From Sporopachydermia quercuum (lineage: Eukaryota): DNA of 64,000 nt. The stretch's first letter is position 1, and the number at the start of each line of letters is the position of its first letter. The stretch covers positions 682,001 through 746,000 of the forward strand of contig BCGN01000005.1 of the NCBI GenBank assembly GCA_001599295.1, given 5' to 3'. The notes below the pieces were generated by a model. The model ran no database searches. It saw only the letters and a program-made list of their open reading frames with translations, and was not told the origin of the DNA. Below, piece after piece: positions 34,814 through 45,000 of the stretch. Made by a program: the position numbers and the translations under genes.

Positions 34814-36922
34814 ATGAGCACAGAAAGGGAGTCATTTGATTCCCCCGGTGGGATTAAGCAACCGGCAAAAGCTAACAGCAATATCCAAGTTGGAACAGGG
34901 AGTAAATTCGAAAAAGCTTTAATGGTATGGTCTGAAGTTGGCTTCAATGATTTACAGAAAACCTTAGATGTGCAAGGATTAGAAATTTTGGAGAAACAAA
35001 AGAAATCAGTTGTAAGCAGGAAAGAACTTGCAACTAAGACAAAGGAATTCAAACGATTAGATGATGATGATAAGCTGAACGAATTTAAGCAGTTGCTTAA
35101 GATGTACCAAGGTGAGATTGATGATTTGACAAAACGATGTAAATACGCTGAGACATCATTCATGGGTGTTTACAGACCATTAGCAGAAGCACCCGATCCA
35201 ACACCTTTATTGGAAGCATGCGTTGATTCGGTACTATCAGCAACCGAATTATCGAAATTATCCGTTGAGAATGCAATGTTGCAGGAACAATTAGTGAGAT
35301 ATGCTGATTATGATCATCTAAAGTCAAGAATGCAGAAAATAGAGCAACAAGCTGCTGAGAATACAACTTCTAAAGTCAAGGCAAAAGAGCTAGAATTGAA
35401 AGCCCTGATTGATGAAAAGGAAAGAAACTGGAAAAACAAAGAATCTACATATGAGAAACAGCTCACCCAAGCCAGGGATGAATTGAAGGAAATTAAGGCA
35501 AACTATGAAGTTTCTGAAGCTAGACTTGATGCTCAAAGTAAAACATTGGGAGATAATTCAGAATCTCTGTCACAATCCACAATTGTTGAGTTTGAAATCA
35601 TATCAAGAGATTTGGAAACAGCACATACAAGAGTTCTTGAATTGGAGAAACGAAATGAAGAATTAAGAGCTGAACTACAAGAGGCCAAAAGTGGTTCAAA
35701 GCTTGACGATTTTAAAACAGAACAGGAATCTAAAATCGCTGATCTCCACAGTGAGAATACCATTTTATCAGCTAGAGTTCAAAGCCAAAAGAGTATAATC
35801 GAGAATTTGAAATCTGATAAGCACTCTCAGCAAGAGACTTTAGAAAGGACCTTGGAACAGAAAACTAACGAAGTCTCGAATCTTAAAGCAACTTTATTGA
35901 AATATCAAGACTATGATGAACTGAAGCAAGAACTGAATATTCTTAGACAACTAGAGTTTGGATTGGAAGATGAGGAGGAATTAAAGAATGGATCACTTTC
36001 TAAAGGAGACCGTATTACCGATGATTCAGTAGAACAACTTCTAATATCGCGGAATAAGAAATTGGATAACGATTTGACTCTCTACCGAGTGCAGAACGAG
36101 GAATTGTCAAGTAAAGTTACCGAGCTGGAAAATCAGTTGCACGCTGCTGTGGAGAACCTTGAAAGAGTCCAAGATTTGAATGAAAAACTGGAAAAAGATC
36201 TCAGTACAAGTTTGGGGGAAGCACGCAATTCCAATTTTGGTACGATGTCGATGATCAGTGGAAAGCCAGGTCAAAAACTATCGCCAGCAGCCTCAATTGC
36301 TGGTATCGATAACATGAGTACAATTGGAACAGGTCCTACTAGATCGAATAATGATTCATCATTACTGAACATTGTTACCCAACAAAGGGATCGATTCAGA
36401 GTTAGAAACAGTGAACTTGAAGATGATTCTCGAAAGAACTCCGGTATCATCACCGAACTACGCAGTGAGATTAAGAAATTACAGAAGGATAATGCTGAAC
36501 TTTATGAACGATCTCGGTACATTTCATCATTTGCTGGAAATCAATCTTCTACTCAAAACAGACTGAAAGGTCCTGCACACGATGTTGAAGCATATCGAGA
36601 ATCTTATGAGAATAGTTTATCACCATTCCAGAAGTTCAAGGGAGAAGAGAAAGAACGGGCTCTATCACGGATGACGCCGTTAGAAAGAATCATGTACTCG
36701 TTTTCTAGTACGATTTTGGCAAATAAACACAGTCGGAATTTGTTTGTCATTTATTGCATAGGTCTACATTTATTGGTTATGATAATGATGTTTTATGCTC
36801 TAAGCGTTCATGGTTCTATGACACCTGAGGTGAGTTCATCAGGTGGCAAGGCAGGTTCCGTTGTTGAAGGTCATGGAAATAATATAGATAGCGGATGGAG
36901 AGTAGGAAATCAAAACGATTAA
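34814..36922 (+). CDS. COY1: Golgin CASP homologue Coy1
   Basis: SRKELATKTKEFK, LLKMYQGEIDDLTKR, LAEAPDPTPLL, long coiled coil, IVTQQRDRFRVRN.ELE, DNAELYER and C-terminal TM YCIGLHLLV. Confidence 0.93.
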   Translation: MSTERESFDSPGGIKQPAKANSNIQVGTGSKFEKALMVWSEVGFNDLQKTLDVQGLEILEKQKKSVVSRKELATKTKEFKRLDDDDKLNEFKQLLKMYQGEIDDLTKRCKYAETSFMGVYRPLAEAPDPTPLLEACVDSVLSATELSKLSVENAMLQEQLVRYADYDHLKSRMQKIEQQAAENTTSKVKAKELELKALIDEKERNWKNKESTYEKQLTQARDELKEIKANYEVSEARLDAQSKTLGDNSESLSQSTIVEFEIISRDLETAHTRVLELEKRNEELRAELQEAKSGSKLDDFKTEQESKIADLHSENTILSARVQSQKSIIENLKSDKHSQQETLERTLEQKTNEVSNLKATLLKYQDYDELKQELNILRQLEFGLEDEEELKNGSLSKGDRITDDSVEQLLISRNKKLDNDLTLYRVQNEELSSKVTELENQLHAAVENLERVQDLNEKLEKDLSTSLGEARNSNFGTMSMISGKPGQKLSPAASIAGIDNMSTIGTGPTRSNNDSSLLNIVTQQRDRFRVRNSELEDDSRKNSGIITELRSEIKKLQKDNAELYERSRYISSFAGNQSSTQNRLKGPAHDVEAYRESYENSLSPFQKFKGEEKERALSRMTPLERIMYSFSSTILANKHSRNLFVIYCIGLHLLVMIMMFYALSVHGSMTPEVSSSGGKAGSVVEGHGNNIDSGWRVGNQND

Positions 36923-37137
36923 ATTAATACTGAAATGAATTAACGTCATTATAAATGTGCATAAATGGCTAAATCTAAATTCCCTGAACTCACATATAAC
37001 AAAAGAGGGTGTAAATTCGATAATATAAACTTTCCATAGAATTCCCATTCTTTCCGAAAAGATACAGAGTAAAGTACCTCCAATTACATAAAAACATTTT
37101 TATTAGTATTTAGAAATTTCCGTATATGGGATTGTAT

Positions 37138-38014
37138 CTAATTCTTTAAAGCCTTTTCAACAGCTTCTTCCTTCTCAGTCAAGATGATCTCAATGTGGCA
37201 TGGAGATGATTCGTAGGCATTGATACGACCATGGGCACGGTAAGTTCTTCTTCTTTGCTTAGGAGCTTGATTGACTTGAATGTGCTTGATGATGAGCTTA
37301 TCAGCTTCAAGACCCTTGGCCTATAAAATAGTTAGTATACTAGAAAAAGCAAAAGATATCAATAGAGTACATAATTCTGATAGGAATCCGATTATGAATG
37401 TTTACGATTAAGATTGCATGTAATTTGTAACTGTAGCTTGTGGTTGAATCTGTTGAATCGGTTGAGATGATTGAAAACAAGTACTTATTGAATGTCGGCT
37501 GGAAACATTTGACAAGGATTGGCTCGCTCACATTATTGCTCTATTTTTTTCTTCCATTACAAAATTTTTCGATTGGTATATTGAAATCGCCTAATACTTG
37601 CTGGTATCTCTTTAACAATACGTGGAACTTGTTGTAATCTCTCCTACCATTATTGGATCCTCGCATTCTGTTCATTTTACTGTAAAAAAAAAGACAAAAA
37701 CTTACTTCAGCGTTGGCTTCAGCATTCTTCAAAAGGTCGGAAACAAACTTGACGGACTTAACAGGCCATCTGGCTTTGGTGACACCGAATTCCTTACCTT
37801 GACCGGTTCGGCCAATAGATCCGGCGTACTTTCTGAAAGGAATAGCTCTCTTCTTTTCAGCAACAGCTTCAAGGTAAGCTTGGGCCTTCTTTAAAGGCCA
37901 TCCCTTGATAGCAGCAGCGGTTTCGTGAGTGTTCTTGTAAGAAACTCTAAGGTAAGAACCTCTGGAAGAAGAGCTCTTTTCAGGATTTTCGGGAACAGCA
38001 CTGTAACGAGTCAT
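37138..38014 (-). CDS. RPL17: 60S ribosomal protein L17 (uL22), 2 exons, 163 aa
   Basis: Exon 1 38014-37706 (103 codons, ending NAEANAE); intron 37705-37321 (GTAAGT..TACTAAC..TAG); exon 2 37320-37138 ([37 protein letters not shown]). Confidence 0.95.
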
Positions 38015-38834
38015 CTTGAATAGTGTTCTGTTATATAGGGTTGATGTATATTAAATCCTATAAGTTCAAATCAAACAAGCTATTTTCAGATTGCAGATTG
38101 CAAAATCCTTATTATCGTACAAGGGAAAAAAATCAGTGGTTTCAAAATCCTTAATAGTAAGTGTAAGTTACCAGTATAGTTTCCAGTATGCTGTGGTTTT
38201 GGTTGTGCCAGTGTGGATTCTACTGACAATGTAATTTCGAATTCTAATTCCGCTTGGGTTGAAAAGTTGCGTCGGTTTCTATTTCTATTACACAGTGGGA
38301 AAACATCGATGTCCCTAATTGGAATTTCTTCCAAACTGATGAGCAATCAAAATTTTGTAAGACAACTGCATGGTATCATGTGATGTGGAGTTCAACAATT
38401 GGAGCATTATAGAACAGCGTGCCAAATATTACATACAACGTAATTAGTGTACTGGCTTACCATTGTGACAGCTATAGTGATAACCTCAAACCATCACCTT
38501 ATACCCTTATTTAAAGCAGGTGATTAGAATAACTTGGAAAACATACGGATTACGTCATACTTAAACATTTCATATTTTGGTGATGCTTCCAACAGCGGAT
38601 AGTAAAGTAGGACTTTGAGATAGGCATTCTCTGATACTAATAAATAGGCTTCAAATTATTCAATTATATATTGCCCCAATCAATCCTCAGACAAGTAATA
38701 CCTATAATATAAAATCTTTATGATTGTGTCATCTGGTTACTTCGGAAATTGAACTTTACGTGCTTTTGATATAACAACGTCTCATAGCTACTTTCTTATC
38801 TGGTGAAGTCTAATCGTACTATCATTCATACAAC

Positions 38835-39752
38835 ATGAAAGTGGGATCCAATCTAGCTGCTTCCACTTTGTTGATGATTTCCAGTGTACTGGAAGCAACA
38901 GCCCTATTTACCTGCGATGAATTCACTGTGAATGATGTTGTATACGACTTCTCGAAACTTGGGGGACTTCATACTATAGTCCAGTCGAAGAAGACACCAC
39001 CAAGTGTAGCAGAAACTACATGGTTTATTAATCCCTGTGGGGCAATCGAAGCAACGAAGGACAAAAAAGACAATCAGAATCTTTGTCCCAAAGGCTCTCA
39101 AATATGCGGGGTAACAGAACTTTCATTTCCTGGAACTAAGGAACAACCAGTAGTATCCGAGATTATCCCAGTGGCAGGGGATATCACGAACGAACCTAAA
39201 ACTTTACCATCCATAGTTTACATAATTCCGGATAATTCAACTCCAGATACAGCACCTGAACATGGATTGCCAGGGATAGAGATGATATATCATGGAGGAG
39301 TTTGGGGAGAAAACCCATTGGAAGCCAAAATCAATTATTATTGTGTAACTGAGGAACAGTTAAAAGACGAGAAGTTTCAACCCGCTTTACAATTATCACC
39401 ATTGGGATTCAACGGGACCGTTTTACATGCCAATTGGTTCACACAAGTAGCTTGTGGTGAATCAGAAGGTAACACTCCGGGAGGTGATAATAAAAAAGAT
39501 GGAAAAAAGGATAAATCTGACACCAGCGGATGGGGATGGTTCACATGGCTTTTTATCATTTTCGTGCTTGGTTTCGGTGTTTACATTGTTGGTGGGGCTT
39601 GGGTTAATTATAATCGTTATGGAAGCACAGGAGTTGACATTCTACCTAATTCAGACTCCTTCAGAGATATTCCTAATTTAATAGGAGAGATGATCAGAAA
39701 AGTGTTCAATTCATTTGGTGGAAATAGCAGAGGTGGCTACAGTGCAGTTTAA
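38835..39752 (+). CDS. ATG27: Type I membrane autophagy protein Atg27 (MRH-like lumenal domain)
   Basis: Signal peptide, Cys-containing lumenal domain (TPPS..T.WFINPC, CPKGSQICG), WGWFTWLFI TM helix and C-terminal RGGYSAV sorting motif. Confidence 0.93.
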   Translation: MKVGSNLAASTLLMISSVLEATALFTCDEFTVNDVVYDFSKLGGLHTIVQSKKTPPSVAETTWFINPCGAIEATKDKKDNQNLCPKGSQICGVTELSFPGTKEQPVVSEIIPVAGDITNEPKTLPSIVYIIPDNSTPDTAPEHGLPGIEMIYHGGVWGENPLEAKINYYCVTEEQLKDEKFQPALQLSPLGFNGTVLHANWFTQVACGESEGNTPGGDNKKDGKKDKSDTSGWGWFTWLFIIFVLGFGVYIVGGAWVNYNRYGSTGVDILPNSDSFRDIPNLIGEMIRKVFNSFGGNSRGGYSAV

Positions 39753-39847
39753 AGATAGGACTTATAAATAGATGGTCAGGTATCCATATATTTACCTACC
39801 TATAGAATACTTAACCTTCAACCCATATACCTCATTTGAAGGTCTAT

Positions 39848-40306
39848 TCAGTTCCTTCTTAATATTTCATTCATACCTTTCACCGCGTTTTCCATAGTTG
39901 AGTTCAGATAATTCTTCTTAATTTCTAACGATTTCAGATCATCTTTTATACCAGTTACTTCTTGTTGTAGCTTCAGTTTATACGAGCTTTTGGATGTAGA
40001 AACAAATATCTTACCCACTCCTTCCCAAACAGGTTTCTCAGATGGATCTTCTGCCAGCTCTTTCATTGTAAGTTCTCTTAACTTCAAATCATTATTTCGT
40101 CTCGATATCATCTGGTTTACTGCTGATAGTTCATTCTGTGTGGTCGAAATCTTAGCATCCACCTCCATAAACACCTACAAAGCTTTATTAATAACACAGT
40201 TGCAAAATTTCTTTCAGGAATATAATCTTCAGTCACAAAATCTTGACATGAATAACCAGTTCATAAAATCATTCATTCATACCTTTTGTAAAGCTTCCTG
40301 ATTCAT
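39848..40306 (-). CDS. PFD1: Prefoldin subunit 1 (Pfd1/Gim6), 2 exons, about 116 aa
   Basis: Exon 1 40306-40283 (MNQEALQK); intron 40282-40175 (GTATGA..TATTAAT..TAG); exon 2 40174-39848 with VWEGVGKIFV and LEIKKNYL. Confidence 0.88.
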
Positions 40307-40576
40307 TGCGTCCACAAACTAGTTGCACTTAATTTCGGTAATGAAAGAATTCAAACAGATACAAACTAAGAACAAGCATAAAAACTTGATCCCTCCCGCA
40401 CAAGCGTCTATTCACAATCCAATCATTCAAATAATTTATCAATATAAATAATACCTACTTTAATACTGATTCAATCAACAATTGCGTTGTTCTATTTACC
40501 ATACAAATACACATACTAGTATTCCAGTCATTCTTGCCCCTGTTTTGAGACGCTCTGAAATATAAAGGCCAATCAT

Positions 40577-40584
40577 CCGGGTAA
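40577..40584. promoter_or_regulatory. Reb1-type site, with adjacent CCAAT, in the PFD1/ATP12 divergent promoter
   Basis: CCGGGTAA at 40577-40584 and CCAAT at 40569-40573. Confidence 0.5.
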
Positions 40585-40794
40585 CTTTAGTTTGAAATTG
40601 TAGGGGTTTCTCGAGAGTATTTGTCTATCACAGAATGGATCAAACTCGATCAACAAAATATAATGAGAATCAATCAATGAAGTGATAAGTTAATACTGTA
40701 ATTGTAGCTAACCGATAGTATATTATTTGATAGTTAACTGTGTATCTGGTTGTCTATAGCTACATCTACACTGCTAAAAAGACTACAGAAATAA

Positions 40795-41802
40795 ATGAAA
40801 ATGTCGTTAGCAAGGTATATTAGCAGATCATATGGCAGAACATACTCAGTAAGACTATTGACTAGTCAATGTGGGTACGCCACAGCAACAGGCAAAGTCC
40901 ACACTGATTTGAGACCTCCAACAGCAGCTAATAGTAATGTTAAAGAACTGAAAGGTGGTAGAATTATACTGGAGGACAGCAAACCTACAGAGACCAATCG
41001 ATTAGAAAAGACCTTACAGAAGTTCTGGGAAAAGGTCGGAGTGGTAGAAGCTAAGAATGATCTCTATGAAGGTTATGTGATCCAGTTGGATTCCAAGCCA
41101 ATGAAAACACCTGGTGGACATCATTTGATTATTCCTAAGAAGAATCCTGTTTTAGCTGAACTAATAGCACATGAGTGGAGAATGTTACCTGATTTAAAAG
41201 TCAAGCACTACTCCGTTCCTTTGACATCAGTCACTGCAAGAGCAATTGATTTGTTACATAACGAAGAATTGGAAAAGGAGAAGAACTTTGAATTAGAAGA
41301 AACAGTTAAACACGATATTGGAAATCTTTTGCTAAAATATCTAGACACTGATACACTACTTGTTTTCTCTCCTCTTAAAGATTGTGACGGCCTTTTAAGA
41401 CCAGAACAAGAACGTGTTTACAGACCTATTATTACCGAATGTGAAGAGTTTTTAAAATTACCATCATCGCTGATTTCTCTTGATACAGAGTTTGGTTTAT
41501 TAGGTAATAGCCAAACTGAAGACGTTAAAAGAAAAGTGTTGGAATGGATTTTTTCGCTTGATATTTGGAGTTTAGTTGCATTAGAAAAAGCTACATTAAC
41601 AGCAAAGAGTTTTCTAGTGGGCGTCTGCATAGTCAACCCAAATAATAATTTGACAATTGACGAGTTGGCTAACGCCGCTAACTTAGAAACTGTGATTCAA
41701 ACCCAACATTGGGGTGAAGTTGAAGATACTCATGATGTGGATTTTTCTGATATTAGAAGAAATCTAGGCTGTGCTAGTTTGATTGCCTATTCTTCCAAAT
41801 AA
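40795..41802 (+). CDS. ATP12: Mitochondrial F1-ATPase assembly chaperone Atp12
   Basis: TETNRLEKTLQKFWEKV, LDSKPMKTP, PLTSVTARAID, YLDTDTLLVFSP and QTQHWGEVEDTHDVD. Confidence 0.95.
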   Translation: MKMSLARYISRSYGRTYSVRLLTSQCGYATATGKVHTDLRPPTAANSNVKELKGGRIILEDSKPTETNRLEKTLQKFWEKVGVVEAKNDLYEGYVIQLDSKPMKTPGGHHLIIPKKNPVLAELIAHEWRMLPDLKVKHYSVPLTSVTARAIDLLHNEELEKEKNFELEETVKHDIGNLLLKYLDTDTLLVFSPLKDCDGLLRPEQERVYRPIITECEEFLKLPSSLISLDTEFGLLGNSQTEDVKRKVLEWIFSLDIWSLVALEKATLTAKSFLVGVCIVNPNNNLTIDELANAANLETVIQTQHWGEVEDTHDVDFSDIRRNLGCASLIAYSSK

Positions 41803-42029
41803 GGAAACAAATAAAGGACACATTGTTTCAGTGTTGTTTACGTGTTGTTGAGCCTCCTAAATCCGTCTGCCTCATCACTTATCTCAATTTTCACTACTAA
41901 CATTCATGTACATATTCATACTACTGCGGAATAGAAATTGTCTATAGAGTTATCATTCAGACATCTAAATAAATAAATAAATATTCAATTCAGTTATATC
42001 ATCTGTCAAATTGAACTCTCAACTAAAAT

Positions 42030-45000
42030 CTATGAACAAGTTAAAACTTCTAAATTTGAGTTACATTCTTTTTCATTCTTACTCTGTAGAACAATGCTGA
42101 ATAGCACATCATCACCACTAGGAACATTCTCACCATAGATCTCTTCAACCAGTTCCTCATATTGAAGTGGAAGATTGGTGATATGTTTATGTGATCGTTT
42201 AAAATCTATTCTAATACCATAAGCATTGGTACCAGTTTTATACTTGCTAAAGCTGTCTAAAGAAATATAATCATTCAGCAGAATATTTGATGATGAGCAG
42301 ACCTGCTCAAGTAAATATCCAACATACTTTCTAGCAAATCCGTTCTTGTTGGTATCAATGTATTGATTATAGTTAGATCCGCTAAAATCAAAGTTTTCAC
42401 AGTTGATAGTTTCACGCAAGGTTTTCGCTTGTGGAAAAGAGCTCTTGTATAAGGTAACTTTCTTTATATTAGCCTTCTCGGGAATTGCGTGGACAAATAA
42501 TTTAGCAGTTCCAACAGGGATCCATTCTTCTGGTGATGAAGATGATGATGTAACTTGCTTTCTCTTCTCTTTCAAGGGAAGTAAAGACTTTCTTCTATTT
42601 GCCTTTTCTTGTGAGTATTGTATAACATCTACTCCTTCACTATTAATGAATTGATTTTTAACCATCACCTCACAAGTATGATTAGACAATACTAACAACT
42701 CATTTAGAACTGTACTGGACGCATTCTTTGGTGTTAGAGAAGCAGCAGAACTATTATTTGAACCCATTTCTAGAACACTGGGGGTGCCTATTATAGATTT
42801 TGGTCTTTGTAGATTCACTGGTCTGTAAGGTAGATTTGGCGTGGAACTGAATCGTTTTTGATCAATAGTTCCAGAAGATGTACCAAGAGATGTGACAGAG
42901 TGCCCATTATGAGTCGTAAATTTGTTTGGACTGTTGAAAGTTATGGAAGAGCTACTACCTAATGAGGACGAGCTACTACTTTGCGCAATTGAGTTGGAAA
43001 AGTATGAGGCAGAAGATGATGCAAATGATGAATTAAAGGAGTCTGGCTTCTTCAATGAAAGGTTTTTGATGTTTTGCTTGCTTTGGATTTTCATTTGATC
43101 AATAACTGATACAAATGAGCTTGCTTCTTTCGAAACCTTGAATCGGAACATATGCATATCAGCACTATTCTTCAATTGAACATCAACAAATGTACTCTGT
43201 CTAACAGAAGTATTTGAATCAATGTTAATACTTAGAATAGCCTTGTTGGCAATAGATTTATCAGAATAGACATTGAGAATTGGTGATCCTTCTTGAGAAA
43301 ATGAAACGATTACTAAACCATCTCCATCAATTGAATCTGCCCATTTAGAACCTATCCATTGCGAAACTTTCGCCCAAGATTTCATGGTGACATTGCTGGA
43401 ACAAATCATGGCATCACCTGTTGACAGTAGTCCTGAAGAATTAAGACTACTAGATGAACCATGAGAAGTTAAAGCACCCGAAGAAACTTGGGGCTTCTGA
43501 GTGCTGAGATTCAAGTTCGACAATGAAGAAGGTAATGTCTTGCTTTTAGTGCTATTTGGCGTAATTGGTAAATCATTATTGGAATTCGAAGGAATCCCAA
43601 CCAAAGAGCTTTTCTTACTTGTCTCATTACTGTTTGATATAGTTGATTTGAAGTTATCGTCAACTTTAGAAATATTGGACTTACCATCTAAAGCCCCACC
43701 AGAGAAGCTGAAATTGATTGTACTAGTGGTACCAACTGCATAATCAATTGAAGACACATTGGTATTAGCTTGAGGATCTAACGTAGTTAAGGAAATACTA
43801 CTTCCACCTTCCGTTAAATCCAATGTCCCAATTGAATTGGTTTTATTGATTTTACTGTTGGTCAAATCATCTTCTAACTGACGTAAAACATATGAAATAT
43901 CTTTAGGTGTAGATGTAGTAGGATGGATTCCCTTTAATTCTTCACAGCTATTGTCAAAGCATTCTTCATATTCATCTTGTTCTTCTTCCTTTGTTTCTAA
44001 TATGCTTATCCCCTCAGAATCAATAGCAGCTGTTATTTTACCATTACCATTACCGTTTTCATTTCCATTTAAAGACGATAAATTACTGTCAATAGTGGTA
44101 TCATTACTTATCAATCCAGCCCCGCCTGAACTCATAACACTAAAATCTGAGGAAGCAGAAACAAACGAATCAAAACTTTCACTATTTGAAACTGAAAGTT
44201 CTCTTTCAGGCTTTGGTGCTTCTAAGGTGTTGATTATCTCGAATATTTGATTATCAATGCATAGCGAATTTGATGATTCGCTAGTAAGAATTTGATTCTT
44301 TTTCCTGGAAATAGTTCCAAATATTGACATTGCTTTCTTCTTCCTCTTATCTTTTTTAGCTTCTCTAGTAGCATTCTCTTCTATCTTTTTGAATCCAGTC
44401 TGCTTTTGATTATCAAAATCTTTATCATTAAGCCCTTTCTTCACTTCTTCAGCTTCCAGTTCTGATTCTTCTAAAATAGGTATTTTAGATTGTAGATCAA
44501 CACATTTATCTGATTCAGACCTGTTGATTACCGATGAAGTACCTAAAGAATCATCGCTTTTAGACGATCTCATAAACAACGATTTCGTTCGAGAACTTCT
44601 TTCAGCTTTAGACACCTTTTCTTGCTTTTTAAACATAGAAAATCGTGATTTGGATTTTTGCTTGATTCGAGCAGTTTCCAGATGATCACTACTAGTATTG
44701 TTGATTATATGATTAGATCCTTCCGAAGACAGTGAGTTTCTTTGATCAGCTAGTTCAGTTTTAGTGGTTGGATTATTGGTTAAGCTCAATTTTGATTTGA
44801 AGTCAATGGATCCAGTAATAGTTGTAATAGACTTTGTATCATTGAATGTCTGAATAGTTGATAAGGAATGAACGCTTTTATTGTCATGAGAAGTAGGCCG
44901 AAGCTTCTGCCGTGGTGGTTTCTGATATTCGGGTTGAGATTGAGTTTTAGACTGTAGTTGCGGCTGTGGTTCTGATGCAATGCTTGACAAACCAATTTTT

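Noticed and set aside
37541..37705. ORF-track C-terminal extension of Rpl17 ([10 protein letters not shown]...)
   Set aside because: This is read-through into the intron; the real exon 2 is 37320-37138.
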